The notes: generated from the sequence alone by a model not told the origin. 64,000 nt of DNA from an uncultured Candidatus Saccharibacteria bacterium (GCA_964610125.1 CAZSUV010000001.1:253240-317239), one strand, 5' to 3'; numbered from the stretch's first letter, positions 28,647 to 39,305 are shown. Made by a program: numbers and translations.

Positions 28647-29951
28647 TTACAACAATCCTTTCTTTTCAACTACTTCTGGTGCAGGCTGTACAATCTTGTT
28701 TTGTACATTATCATAGTCTATAGCTGGATAGTAGAAATCAAACTCTCCTTTTGTATCATTACTAAATATGACTTCACCAGAAATTACATATACAGGTTGT
28801 AAGTATTGTTGCTCTGTTGCAGATTCAAAATATGTTAGATTGACGTAAAGGATAGTAAATTTCTTAACAGATCTAGGAGTGTAATCTACAACTGTATCTC
28901 CTTTGGTATCATTCAAATATACAAGACTACCTTCCCCAGCTTGAATTTTCTCAATAGCAATATTAGGATTTATTAACTCGTATGTGCCACAAGCTGTTTC
29001 TTGAATCGGCCAATAGGTATAATCCATCTGATATATTGCAGAAAGATATTTCTCGTTTTTGTTTGCAGCTACACCAACATATACAGAAATATTACTCTTA
29101 CTAGTATTTAAGAAAGTAACTGCGGTATTGAATGTATATATATCAATTCTTTCATCATTGATAATTGTAGATTCTGTTGTAGGTTCACCAAGAGTCTTCT
29201 TGAAAGTATCAACCATAGTACTAGCGCCAACAATATTTGAGGGAATAGTAATCATGGATTTGTTTCGGTTGAAATCTACTCTAACTAACTCTGCTTCTGA
29301 AAGTGAGCTTGCTTCACTGTAGGAACCATCAGGATTAACGTTTATAAGCGTTGTAGTTGGTGTACCATTAGAATAGTCATTGGTAGAGAAACCAATACTT
29401 CGAAGGAAATTAACAGCTATTGATTTTGCCTCTTGCTCACTTGGAGTAGTTCCTGTTGCTGCAATCTTCTTAATATATGTAGGATTGGTCTTTAATGTGA
29501 AGTTCAAATTCTTTGAGAGTACAACCAATGTTCTATTGCCATCTGTCCATGAATAGCTTTCAGTACCATTTCTAACAATTTTTTCTGCGGTAAACCCAAA
29601 CTTAGTAGCCAATATCTTGGCATCTGCTTGAGAGCTCAATGATTGAATTGGATTTTCAAACTTGTATACATTTATGATATCTGGAAGTGCATCTATCTTC
29701 CCTGAGTCTGTCTGTAACTCAAAGTACATGTTGTTACCATTTGCTAGCTTCAATGAGGGGATACTAAGTTTGTTAGTTAGGAAAGCTTCTTTCTCCTCTG
29801 TACAAGCAAAATTCGCTGAGATATATTGTGGAAGAATATTCTTTTTAGATGATGACGTGAGGATTATGACTACGATACCAAAGATACCAAGCATTGCGAG
29901 AGCTATAACCCCAAATCTTTTTGTCCAGAATGCCGCTTCTGTTAATGTCAT
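28647..29951 (-). CDS. Membrane-anchored extracytoplasmic hypothetical protein
   Basis: 434 aa; N-terminal TM; no motif recognised. Confidence 0.45.
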   Translation of the reverse strand: MTLTEAAFWTKRFGVIALAMLGIFGIVVIILTSSSKKNILPQYISANFACTEEKEAFLTNKLSIPSLKLANGNNMYFELQTDSGKIDALPDIINVYKFENPIQSLSSQADAKILATKFGFTAEKIVRNGTESYSWTDGNRTLVVLSKNLNFTLKTNPTYIKKIAATGTTPSEQEAKSIAVNFLRSIGFSTNDYSNGTPTTTLINVNPDGSYSEASSLSEAELVRVDFNRNKSMITIPSNIVGASTMVDTFKKTLGEPTTESTIINDERIDIYTFNTAVTFLNTSKSNISVYVGVAANKNEKYLSAIYQMDYTYWPIQETACGTYELINPNIAIEKIQAGEGSLVYLNDTKGDTVVDYTPRSVKKFTILYVNLTYFESATEQQYLQPVYVISGEVIFSNDTKGEFDFYYPAIDYDNVQNKIVQPAPEVVEKKGLL

Positions 29952-30007
29952 GGTATAATCTTAGCACAGTTTAATATCGATCAACATTATATATTACATA
30001 CATAATA

Positions 30008-31630
30008 ATGAGAACACCAGAGGAAAATATACAGTTAGCAAATATCCTTTTTCCAGAGGTTAAAGAAACTCCTGAGGATGTAGAAAAGAAGTATCCCAAG
30101 CGAAATTTAAAGGAAGGAGAGATGGTGTTGAGATTTGCTCCAAGCCCAACCGGATTCTTACATATCGGAAGTGTATATATCAGTATGATAGACAGGATAT
30201 TGACTAATCAACATGGTGGTACATTCATACTTAGAATTGAAGATACAGATAAGACAAGAGAGGTAGAGGGTGGAATAAATATGATAGTTAAAGGACTTGA
30301 GGGATTTGGTATTAGCTTTGATGAAGGAATGATTAATGATAACGAATCTAAAGGGAAGTATGGTCCATATCTACAAAGTAAACGATTAGATATTTACAAG
30401 GTATATGCTAAGGATATGGTTGCTAAGGGGAATGCATATCCATGCTTCATAACCGAGGAAGAGCTGGGCGATATTAGAAAGAAACAAGAAGAAATGGGTG
30501 TTAGAACCGGTTACTACGGGAATTGGGCTAAATGGAGAAATGCCTCTTTAGAAGAGATACAGGAAAAATTAAACAGTGGAGAGAAATTTGCAATTAGATT
30601 GTATTCTACTGGAAACTTAGAAAACTCATTCAAAATACAAGACTTAATCAAAGGTAATGTTACTCTACGAGAAAATGATGTGGATACTGTTTTGTTAAAA
30701 TCAGATGGCTTTCCTACATATCATTTTGCGCATCCAATTGATGATCAACTTATGCAGGTTACTCATGCTACTCGTGGTGAGGAATGGTTTGCATCTCTTC
30801 CTTTGCATGTTGAGCTATTTAAAAAGCTTGGATTTGAATTACCTCAATATTGTCATTTCTCAACATTAATGAAGTTAGATAACGAGGGGAAGAGTAAACG
30901 AAAATTAAGTAAACGAAAAGATCCTGAAGCTGATGTGCAATACTACATTACTCATGGATATCCTAAGGAAGGTGTAAAAGAATATTTACTAAATGTTGCT
31001 AACTCTAATTACTATGATTGGAAGATTCAAAATCCTGAAAAACCTTCAACAGAATTTGTATTGAAATTAGAAAAATTTAATAAAGCCGGCGCACTATTTG
31101 ATATCGTTAAACTTAACGATATGTGTAAAGACTATATCGCTACCTTAAATGCACAGCAGGTATATGATATGTCATTGGAATGGGCAGAGGTATACAACAA
31201 AGAGATTGCTGAATTACTAAAGAATAACAAGGAATATTGTATTAATATTTTCAATATTGAAAGAGAAGGAAGTAAGATTAGAAAGGATTTAGTTAAATTT
31301 GAAGATATTATTACTCAATTAGATATTTTCTTTGATGAATTACTAGAAAAGGAAATGGTAGAAGATATTTCTGAGAAGGTTTCTAAAGAAAAACAAAATG
31401 AAATTCTTAAAGAATATATTGAGATATATGATATTAATGATAATCAAACAAAATGGTTTGAGAAGGTTAAGGGATTGGCAAGTAAATTGGGTTATGAGAA
31501 GGTTGGGGATGTAGCTATGGTTATTAGAGTAGCATTAACACATAGAACAAAGAGTCCAGATTTGTACCAAGTTATGAAGGTATTAGGTAAGGAAAAAGTA
31601 ATACAGAGATTGGAGAAATACATAGGGTAG
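30008..31630 (+). CDS. gltX: Glutamyl-tRNA synthetase (likely non-discriminating) with C-terminal extension
   Basis: 540 aa; HIGH motif in RFAPSPTGFLHIGS; KMSKS as KLSKRK. Confidence 0.9.
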   Translation: MRTPEENIQLANILFPEVKETPEDVEKKYPKRNLKEGEMVLRFAPSPTGFLHIGSVYISMIDRILTNQHGGTFILRIEDTDKTREVEGGINMIVKGLEGFGISFDEGMINDNESKGKYGPYLQSKRLDIYKVYAKDMVAKGNAYPCFITEEELGDIRKKQEEMGVRTGYYGNWAKWRNASLEEIQEKLNSGEKFAIRLYSTGNLENSFKIQDLIKGNVTLRENDVDTVLLKSDGFPTYHFAHPIDDQLMQVTHATRGEEWFASLPLHVELFKKLGFELPQYCHFSTLMKLDNEGKSKRKLSKRKDPEADVQYYITHGYPKEGVKEYLLNVANSNYYDWKIQNPEKPSTEFVLKLEKFNKAGALFDIVKLNDMCKDYIATLNAQQVYDMSLEWAEVYNKEIAELLKNNKEYCINIFNIEREGSKIRKDLVKFEDIITQLDIFFDELLEKEMVEDISEKVSKEKQNEILKEYIEIYDINDNQTKWFEKVKGLASKLGYEKVGDVAMVIRVALTHRTKSPDLYQVMKVLGKEKVIQRLEKYIG

Positions 31631-31652
31631 GTGATATAATCATGGCTGTTAT

Positions 31653-31723
31653 TGCCGGATCGTCTAATGGTAGGACGATTGCCTCTGGAGCAGTTAATCA
31701 TAGTTCGAATCTATGTCCGGCAA
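31653..31723 (+). tRNA. tRNA-Gln (CTG)
   Basis: Acceptor TGCCGGA/TCCGGCA with U1-A72 (bacterial tRNA-Gln trait); anticodon stem ATTGC/GCAGT with loop CTCTGGA; T-arm CATAG-TTCGAAT-CTATG; 22 nt downstream of gltX. Confidence 0.75.
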
Positions 31724-31725
31724 TT

Positions 31726-32307
31726 CTAACGCTCATCGTCTGCTTTTAGCTTATCCTCGGCGTATTTAATTGCACTATCATCCATTGAGAATGGCAAAGA
31801 ATCTTCTTCAACGAGAAGTTCATTCTTTTTCTTGTCATACGTTACTTTTATAGGGTCTTTTTTTGAAAATATTAATGGTACTGAAAAAAGCATTTTTTCT
31901 TCTGTTTCTGCCTCTGGAGGTATTAAATCTAAAGTTATATTCCTTTCAGGAATTGGTCGTTTATCGTCCTCGTAATAAGCTAAATCTACGAGTGTGGTTG
32001 TAGCTTTATGGTTGAAAATGAGTAATCTATGTATCAAGCCATCGTCTTCTTGTCTGAATGTGGCAATACATGGTAGATCAAATGAGCTTATCTGATTATC
32101 ATCATTAAAAAATTCCCCCTGCTCACTTAAACGCTGTTCTAATTTATATTTTGCTAAAGCCTGAACAAAGGCCTGTTCTTCCTCTTTCCATATAGGGACG
32201 TTTTCGTTCAGATACAATCCCAACTCATGTAACAGAGCATCTTTTGCAGTTGAACCAGAATTAGCAGCTTCATTGTTTTCTTTATCTTGGTTGTTAAAAT
32301 CGTCCAT
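31726..32307 (-). CDS. Acidic hypothetical protein
   Basis: 193 aa; no motif. Confidence 0.4.
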   Translation of the reverse strand: MDDFNNQDKENNEAANSGSTAKDALLHELGLYLNENVPIWKEEEQAFVQALAKYKLEQRLSEQGEFFNDDNQISSFDLPCIATFRQEDDGLIHRLLIFNHKATTTLVDLAYYEDDKRPIPERNITLDLIPPEAETEEKMLFSVPLIFSKKDPIKVTYDKKKNELLVEEDSLPFSMDDSAIKYAEDKLKADDER

Positions 32308-32318
32308 TGTAGTAGTAA

Positions 32319-34079
32319 TTATAACTTATCTAATAACGTTCTAATCTCTTCAATACCATTATTCCAGAACTCTTTTTTAGTAATATCTATTCCAATACCT
32401 TTAAACAATTCTTTAGGTGATTGTGTAGAACCAGATTCCATAAACCTCTTAACATATACTATATTCTTTTTATCATCCTTTACCATCTTTTGTAAAGCTT
32501 TAGATATTAACAATCCACTAGCATATGAATATACATAAAAGAACCTTCTAAAATGACTAACATATATCCATCCATTCCTCATACTTTCATCTTCTAATAC
32601 TGCATCACCAAGATATGACTTCATATGCTTACAGAACAGATCAGAGATATATTCTTTAGTTAGGAATCCTTTCTCTCTGAAATCATGATGTAATTCAGTT
32701 TCAAAATTGTAGAATGCCACCTGCCTAAATATAGAAGCAGTATCATCATGTATTTTTTTGTCTAAGATGGCCTGTATAACTTTTTCATCGGTTGTTTCTT
32801 TAAGTATTTCAGTTAATACAAAATCCTCAAAGAATGTACTAGCTATTTCTGCTAAAGATGTCGGATATCCGTCATTCAAGGCATCCTGTTTCTTTGCTAA
32901 CTCTGTATGTACCCCATGACCACTTTCATGAGCAATAGTTAAAACAGATTCTAATTGATTTTTGTGATTAAGAAGAATAAACGTAGGTAAATTCCTGTTA
33001 ATGGATGTACAAAATGCGCCCCCAGTTTTTCCCTTTGAAGGATATACATCATACTGCCCATTCTTCAAAAAAGTATTAACGATTTCTTCAAATTTAGAAT
33101 CAAGATTCTTGAATGTTTTTTTTACAAGCTCCATAGCTTCAGGAAATTCATATATCATTGATGCTCCCTGTAGAGGGACATTGCGTTCGTGGTATCCTAA
33201 TTGTTTTACACCCATTAATTCTGCTTTTCTCTTGTAATATGCTCTTGTGACATCAAAATTCTCAGTTACTGTTTTTACTAATGTATCTACTACCTCTGAC
33301 TCAATATCATCTGCTATATGTCTTGTTAAATCTGGCCTTGATATCTTTCTGTAATCATCTGAAATCTTTTTGTCTTCCAATACTGAATTAATCTCAAATT
33401 CAGCAATTTCTACATATTTACTATTTATTTTGTTTTGTTCTTTTGCAGCATAATCTCGAACTTTTTTGTTTTGAGAATCAAGATATTTGTTTACTTCATT
33501 GTAGGTGATTTCCTTCTTTTTAAGCTCTTCATCAAGCACGACCATTTTCTGCTTACTGAGTAATTCTGTAAGCATATTAACCCAGTTTGAATGGGAAGTT
33601 TTAGAAGTTAGATTAAAGACTTTTTCCTCTTTGTCAGAAAGGATATATTTTGATGACAAGAAGGATTGCTCAAGTAAGTGTCTGTATGGTTTTAATCCTT
33701 CGTAGTTCAAGAATTTCCCCTGTCTTGATTTAGGTATTTTTGAAATATTTAAATAGAAGAATTGTATTTCGTTTACTAGTTTTGTATATATATCTTCTAT
33801 TTGATTTAGTCTAGCCTTTATAACTGAATCTGTCTGGTCTAGCTCATTTCTAAGTATGAAGTAATATATGGGTTTGTCACATATTCCTGTGGTTGCACTT
33901 AATTTCTCGGATTCATCTAATGCTTTTCTTAATATTGCTGGATCTTTAGTATATTCCTTGTTAGTTTTCCATTTCTTTACAAAGGTATGTACGTTCTTAG
34001 TGGAGAGATCTATATCCTTTTGGATTTGAGGATCAGTTTCTGATTTATATAGTAGTTTTAGATTCCATTTTTCTATCAT
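32319..34079 (-). CDS. pepF: Oligoendopeptidase F (M3B family)
   Basis: 586 aa; HESGHGVH zinc motif; M3B architecture. Confidence 0.85.
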   Translation of the reverse strand: MIEKWNLKLLYKSETDPQIQKDIDLSTKNVHTFVKKWKTNKEYTKDPAILRKALDESEKLSATTGICDKPIYYFILRNELDQTDSVIKARLNQIEDIYTKLVNEIQFFYLNISKIPKSRQGKFLNYEGLKPYRHLLEQSFLSSKYILSDKEEKVFNLTSKTSHSNWVNMLTELLSKQKMVVLDEELKKKEITYNEVNKYLDSQNKKVRDYAAKEQNKINSKYVEIAEFEINSVLEDKKISDDYRKISRPDLTRHIADDIESEVVDTLVKTVTENFDVTRAYYKRKAELMGVKQLGYHERNVPLQGASMIYEFPEAMELVKKTFKNLDSKFEEIVNTFLKNGQYDVYPSKGKTGGAFCTSINRNLPTFILLNHKNQLESVLTIAHESGHGVHTELAKKQDALNDGYPTSLAEIASTFFEDFVLTEILKETTDEKVIQAILDKKIHDDTASIFRQVAFYNFETELHHDFREKGFLTKEYISDLFCKHMKSYLGDAVLEDESMRNGWIYVSHFRRFFYVYSYASGLLISKALQKMVKDDKKNIVYVKRFMESGSTQSPKELFKGIGIDITKKEFWNNGIEEIRTLLDKL

Positions 34080-34549
34080 TGCTTATTATACCTTAATGTA
34101 AAGACTATGGGAAAGTATTGACAGGATAAAGTTTTGTATAAGTGTGGCGAGGACGCTCACAAAAAGCTAGCACAGAAGGGTGTGAATGGTTAGAGTTAAA
34201 ATACATCTAAACGAGCGAATTTTGCTCTCTTATTTATATTTAGATTCCAATTCACACTCCTCTCAAGAACTTCTGTAGCCTTGCACAATCTCACATATCC
34301 TCTATACATCAATGTTTTTGTGATATAATTACCCACTTTCGCAGAGGAGAGGAAAATAAAACATAACTACGTTGGGTAACAAAGAAATGTCAGTACGAAA
34401 TTCGCTAACAACGTATTATGTTTAGATCTAAAATTGAAAGAATCTGTGAAAAACAAAGGACGGGGGTGCTCATATGAGAATTAGGATTTCATTTCCTAAC
34501 TTTTCTTTCAAATTCACAACACCCCTGTCCATCTTTTCATTTTCTCTCA

Positions 34550-34776
34550 TATATCTGATATAATCATCCTTAATACTTAGATCCAGTAATCACTGGGGAG
34601 TAGTAGAAAGAAAGTATTTCTAAAAAAGAATATGAGTAGAATCTACCGTATGTAAACGAAATATACACAAATGAGAAATAAATAGGGTGGTACCGCGTAC
34701 ACAATGTTCGCCCCTTTCTAAAGATTAGTATATATTAAATATGTATATACCAGTTTTTAGAGAGGGGCTTTTTGTT
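34550..34776 (+). promoter_or_regulatory. T-box riboswitch leader (antiterminator/terminator) upstream of ileS; 5' boundary approximate
   Basis: AAATAGGGTGGTACCGCG at 34681-34698 matches the T-box consensus AGGGUGGNACCGCG. Followed by terminator GCCCCTTTCTAAAG(34710-34723)...TTTTTAGAGAGGGGC(34754-34768) and TTTTTGTTT. Candidate specifier AUC(A) in GUAAUCACUGG near 34587. Confidence 0.6.
34710..34776 (+). terminator. Intrinsic terminator of the ileS T-box leader
   Basis: 14-bp stem with two G.U pairs, 30-nt loop, then a U-tract; the 5' arm is shared with the antiterminator partner of the T-box sequence. Confidence 0.55.
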
Positions 34777-34795
34777 TAAATTAACGATTAGAAAT

Positions 34796-37678
34796 ATGGA
34801 AGATATAAAGATAAAGAAAAATGAAATGATGCCTAATTTCCCTAAAACAGAGGGCGACATATTAACCTTTTGGAAAGAAAAAAATATCTTTCAAAAATCC
34901 ATAGATCAAAGAGACAAAACCAATCCATTTACCTTTTACGATGGACCAATAACCTCAAATAACAAACCACACTACGGACATGCACTAACAATGGTCATCA
35001 AAGATGTAGTTCCAAGGTATAAAACTATGAAAGGATATCATGTAGATAGAAGTCTAGGATGGGATTGTCAGGGAATACCTGTGGAATATGAAGTAGAGAA
35101 GACATTAGGTTTTGAACAAAAAGAAGATATTGAGAAATTTGGTATTGAAAAATTCAATCAGCTTTGTAGAGAATCTGTACAAAAGTATCAAGGAGAAATA
35201 TTTGCACTAACTGAAAGAATGGGAAGATGGGTAAACAAAGATGAAGAATATGCAACCATGGACCCGGCATATATAGAGAGTGTATGGTGGTCATTAAGTG
35301 AGCTTTACAAAAAAGGTCTCCTCTACCAAGGGTACAAAGTAGTTCCTTACTCAACTCGAGCAGGAACTACTCTTTCTAATTCAGAGGTAGCACTTGGTGG
35401 ATACAAAGCCATAGTAGACCCAGCTGTAACAGTCAGCCTAAAATTAAAAAACAGTGATACCTACCTCCTCATATGGACTACAACCCCATGGACTCTACCT
35501 GGAAACCTTTTGGTAGCAGTAGGAAATGATTTTGAATATGTAGAAGTTGAACACAAAGGACGAAAATATATCGTTGGAAAAGCATTGGGGGAGAAAATCT
35601 TTGGAGAAGATTACAAGGTATTGAGTGAAATGTTAGGTAAAGATTTAGTTGGGAAGGAATATGAGCCATTGTATCCATACTATGCCCAAAAGAGTAGCGA
35701 AGGTTGCTTCAGAGTAGTACATGCTGAGCATGTAACTCTCGAAGATGGTACAGGATTGGTACATCAAGCACCATATGGAGAAGAAGATTTCGCATTAATG
35801 ACAGGTATGGGAATTGAGATGTTTGACTACCTTGATGATCAAGGGAATATGAAAGATGAGATTACTCAATTTGCAGGAATGTTCTACAAGAAGGCAAACA
35901 AATATGTAATGCAAGATTTGGAAGAAAGAGGATTACTCTTTGCACATGAAGATCATGAACACCAAATGCCAATGTGTTGGAGAACAGAAACACCATTGAT
36001 ATACAAACCAATTAAGAGTTGGTATGTAAGAGTCTCAGAAATTAGAAAGCGAATGACAGAGGAGAATAACGAGATAAATTGGATACCAGAGCATATCAAG
36101 GATGGAAGATTTGGGAATTGGTTAGCAGATGCAAGAGATTGGGCTTTAAGTAGAAACAGATATTGGGGAACACCACTTCCTGCTTGGATTTGTGACAAGT
36201 GTGGAGCAACTGAAGTATTAGGATCGTTTGCAGAGATTAAGGAAAAATCAGGAGTAGAAATTACAGATCCACACAAACCATTTGTTGATGAAGTTAAATA
36301 TGCTTGTTCAAAATGTGATGGAGAAATGCACAGAGTGACTGATGTCATTGATGTATGGTATGACTCAGGATCAATGCCATTTGCTAGATTCCACTATCCA
36401 TTTGAAAACAAAGAAAAATTTGACCAAAAGTATCCTGCAGAGTTCATAGCTGAAGGAGTAGATCAAACCAGAGGTTGGTTCTATACATTACATGTATTAG
36501 GTACTGCACTCTTTGATCAAAAAGCTTTCAGAAATGTTGTTGTAAATGGTTTAGCTTTGGCTTCAGATGGATCAAAGATGTCGAAGAGTAAACGAAATTA
36601 TACCGATATTAATATAGTCATAGATCAGTTAGGAGCAGATTCAATGAGACTCTACTTCTTAAGTTCTCCAATTGTTCATGGGGAAGAAGTAATTTTCAAT
36701 GAGAAGTTCTTAAAGGAGATAATGACATCTGTAATGCTTCCATATTGGAATTCTGTTAAGTACCTTTTAAGCTACCAGAGTGAGTCAAAGCTTAAGAATA
36801 TCAGTGAACTAGATTTAAGTAATGTAATGGATAAATGGATTGTAGCGAGGCTTCACAAGACAATAGGGGATGTTACAACAAATATGGATGCATATGATTT
36901 ACAACCAGCTACAAAGAGTATCTTTGATTTAATTGATGATCTTTCTAAGTGGTATATCAGAAGATCAAGAGAAAGATTTGTAAATGGAGATGTTAATGCT
37001 TTAGATACACTGCGATATGTATTGGTAGAAATCTCCAAGCTATTAGCTCCATTTGCGCCATTCCTTGCTGAATCTGCATACCAGACATTGGTATCTGGTG
37101 AAAAAGAATCTGTACATCTTGAAGATTTTTCAGTTGTGGAGGGAAGCAAACTGGATGAAAAACTTCTAACAGATATGGATAATATTAGAAAGATATGTTC
37201 ATTAGGATTAAACATCAGAGATGAGAACAGGATAAAGGTACGACAACCATTAGCACAAGCATTAGTACCTGTTGAAGATTCAGAATTACAAGAAATTGTA
37301 AAAGGAGAACTAAATGTAAAAGAGGTTGTCTATTCTAAAGAAGCCAAAGAAGGAGAAGGATTAAAATCTCAAAATGATGGAACAGTATTTGTTACATTAG
37401 ATACAAATATATCGGATGAACTTAAAGCAGAAGGATTCTTAAATGAACTAACCAGAGGATTACAAGTAGCTAGAAAAGAAAGTGGATGCCAAGTAGGTCA
37501 GGATATTACCGTTAAATATCAGACTGAGAGTAAAGAAATTGAAGAACTAATATCTTCTCATCTTGAAGAACTTGAAAAGGTAGTATTAGCAAAATCATTC
37601 GAGAAAGTTAAAACTTTGGAGAATGGTATAAAGCTTAAACTAGCAGAAGTTGAAGTCTTTGTAGAGATAATAAAATAG
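34796..37678 (+). CDS. ileS: Isoleucyl-tRNA synthetase, type 2 (archaeal/eukaryotic-like)
   Basis: HIGH as PHYGHALT; GWDCQGIPVE; KMSKS as KMSKSKRN; CDKCG...CSKCDG zinc motif. Track start 34772 is TTG inside the terminator U-tract; the first ATG is 34796. Confidence 0.92.
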   Translation: MEDIKIKKNEMMPNFPKTEGDILTFWKEKNIFQKSIDQRDKTNPFTFYDGPITSNNKPHYGHALTMVIKDVVPRYKTMKGYHVDRSLGWDCQGIPVEYEVEKTLGFEQKEDIEKFGIEKFNQLCRESVQKYQGEIFALTERMGRWVNKDEEYATMDPAYIESVWWSLSELYKKGLLYQGYKVVPYSTRAGTTLSNSEVALGGYKAIVDPAVTVSLKLKNSDTYLLIWTTTPWTLPGNLLVAVGNDFEYVEVEHKGRKYIVGKALGEKIFGEDYKVLSEMLGKDLVGKEYEPLYPYYAQKSSEGCFRVVHAEHVTLEDGTGLVHQAPYGEEDFALMTGMGIEMFDYLDDQGNMKDEITQFAGMFYKKANKYVMQDLEERGLLFAHEDHEHQMPMCWRTETPLIYKPIKSWYVRVSEIRKRMTEENNEINWIPEHIKDGRFGNWLADARDWALSRNRYWGTPLPAWICDKCGATEVLGSFAEIKEKSGVEITDPHKPFVDEVKYACSKCDGEMHRVTDVIDVWYDSGSMPFARFHYPFENKEKFDQKYPAEFIAEGVDQTRGWFYTLHVLGTALFDQKAFRNVVVNGLALASDGSKMSKSKRNYTDINIVIDQLGADSMRLYFLSSPIVHGEEVIFNEKFLKEIMTSVMLPYWNSVKYLLSYQSESKLKNISELDLSNVMDKWIVARLHKTIGDVTTNMDAYDLQPATKSIFDLIDDLSKWYIRRSRERFVNGDVNALDTLRYVLVEISKLLAPFAPFLAESAYQTLVSGEKESVHLEDFSVVEGSKLDEKLLTDMDNIRKICSLGLNIRDENRIKVRQPLAQALVPVEDSELQEIVKGELNVKEVVYSKEAKEGEGLKSQNDGTVFVTLDTNISDELKAEGFLNELTRGLQVARKESGCQVGQDITVKYQTESKEIEELISSHLEELEKVVLAKSFEKVKTLENGIKLKLAEVEVFVEIIK

Positions 37679-37691
37679 GATTCTAATTGAA

Positions 37692-38216
37692 TTAGTATTC
37701 AGAAAGGGATACTTTAAGTCCTGTAATTTTTGCAAATTGTTCATTTGCTTGATCCATAGTCTTGTCTGAAGCAACAGCCAACTCCCCAACAATATTCTTA
37801 ACTGCTTCTTCAAGCTGTTTCTCAATACTGGTAGGAATTAATCTTCCTTCTTTCTCTCTTTGCTTTCGAATGAAGTTACAATACTGAATAATCTCCATAG
37901 TGGATTTTATATCAGATTTGCCCTCTAATTCCTTAAACATATTCAACATAATATTGAAATCTGTAACTTTAGGATTCTTAGAAGGAGATTTTTTCAGTAT
38001 CTTAATCTCTTCTGTGATTTGTTTAACAGACATAACCTCTCTAATACCCAAAGAATCAATATTATCAACAGGAGTAGAAATACTTAATGGATTTGTAATT
38101 AACTCAAACTCAAAATATTTTTTAATTTCCCCATTAAATTCAATATCTTTTTGACCCTTAACCTTACCGGCACCATGTGATGGATAGAAAACTTTTGATC
38201 CGACTTTAAGTTGCAT
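37692..38216 (-). CDS. CarD/CdnL-family RNA-polymerase-binding transcription factor
   Basis: 174 aa; N-terminal KVGSKVFYPSHGAGKV (CarD_TRCF RNAP-interacting domain pattern). Confidence 0.65.
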   Translation of the reverse strand: MQLKVGSKVFYPSHGAGKVKGQKDIEFNGEIKKYFEFELITNPLSISTPVDNIDSLGIREVMSVKQITEEIKILKKSPSKNPKVTDFNIMLNMFKELEGKSDIKSTMEIIQYCNFIRKQREKEGRLIPTSIEKQLEEAVKNIVGELAVASDKTMDQANEQFAKITGLKVSLSEY

Positions 38217-38279
38217 AATAGAGGAATGTTGTTATATTAACATGCCATTATACCACGAAAGTGCTATACTTTCCTTAAT

Positions 38280-39305
38280 ATGAATATAGTAGTTATAGGG
38301 GGGGGCACAGGCTCCACAGTAGTACTAGAAGGCCTAAAGAAATATAGAGAACTTCATCTTAGTGTAATCGTTGGTATGATGGACGATGGAGGAAGCAATG
38401 CAGTTGTAAGAGATGAGTTTGGAATGCTTCCTCTTAGTGATGTTAGAAAATCCATACTTGCACTGTCCGAAGATAATGAAAGCAACTATCTTAGAAAACT
38501 CCTTACATACAGATATTCAGGATGTGACAACTTAAGTGGTCATACACTAGGCAATCTCTTAATGGTAGCCATGTCAGATATTTTGGGTTCTGAGATAGAG
38601 GCAATTGATACCCTTTCCCAAATGTTTGGTGTAAGAGGAAGTGTAATACCAGTTACCTTAGATGATGTAAGACTTGTAGCAGAATATGATGATGGAACCA
38701 AAATTGTAGGAGAACACTATATTGATGAGCCAGAGAAGGATATTAATATTGTTAAATTCTATCTCAATGGAAAAGCTAAGGCATTTCCAAGGGCAATTCA
38801 GGCCATCAAAGAAGCAGACTATATTATTCTTGGTCCTGGAGATCTATATACCACTTTACTCCCAAACTTACTTGTTGAAGGTATGGGTAAAGCTATTAAA
38901 AAATCCCATGCGAAGACTGTTTACATCTCAAACCTAATGACGAAGATAGGGCAAACTAGACATAAAAGTGTGAAAGATATTGTAAATATAATTGAGGGAT
39001 ACATTGGAAGAAATCTAGACTATGTATTACTAAATAACGGAAGGATACCTCAAGAAGCATTTCAAAGATATATTGAAGATGGAGAGAACCTCATAAAAGA
39101 TGATATTGATGAAAGCAAAGGACATACTATTATCAGAAAAGATTTAGTTGCAAATGACGATATAAAGCAAGAAAAGGGAGATACTTTAAAACGAAGTTTT
39201 GTTAGACATGATTCGCGAAAGGTAGGGAAAGCCTTGTATCGTATATTCACGAAAAGTCCTCTAGGAAGATTTTTTAGAAATATTTTTGGCCAATATATTG
39301 ATTAA
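38280..39305 (+). CDS. YvcK/CofD-like (UPF0052, gluconeogenesis factor family) protein
   Basis: 341 aa; N-terminal IVVIGGGTGSTVVLEGLK. Confidence 0.75.
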   Translation: MNIVVIGGGTGSTVVLEGLKKYRELHLSVIVGMMDDGGSNAVVRDEFGMLPLSDVRKSILALSEDNESNYLRKLLTYRYSGCDNLSGHTLGNLLMVAMSDILGSEIEAIDTLSQMFGVRGSVIPVTLDDVRLVAEYDDGTKIVGEHYIDEPEKDINIVKFYLNGKAKAFPRAIQAIKEADYIILGPGDLYTTLLPNLLVEGMGKAIKKSHAKTVYISNLMTKIGQTRHKSVKDIVNIIEGYIGRNLDYVLLNNGRIPQEAFQRYIEDGENLIKDDIDESKGHTIIRKDLVANDDIKQEKGDTLKRSFVRHDSRKVGKALYRIFTKSPLGRFFRNIFGQYID

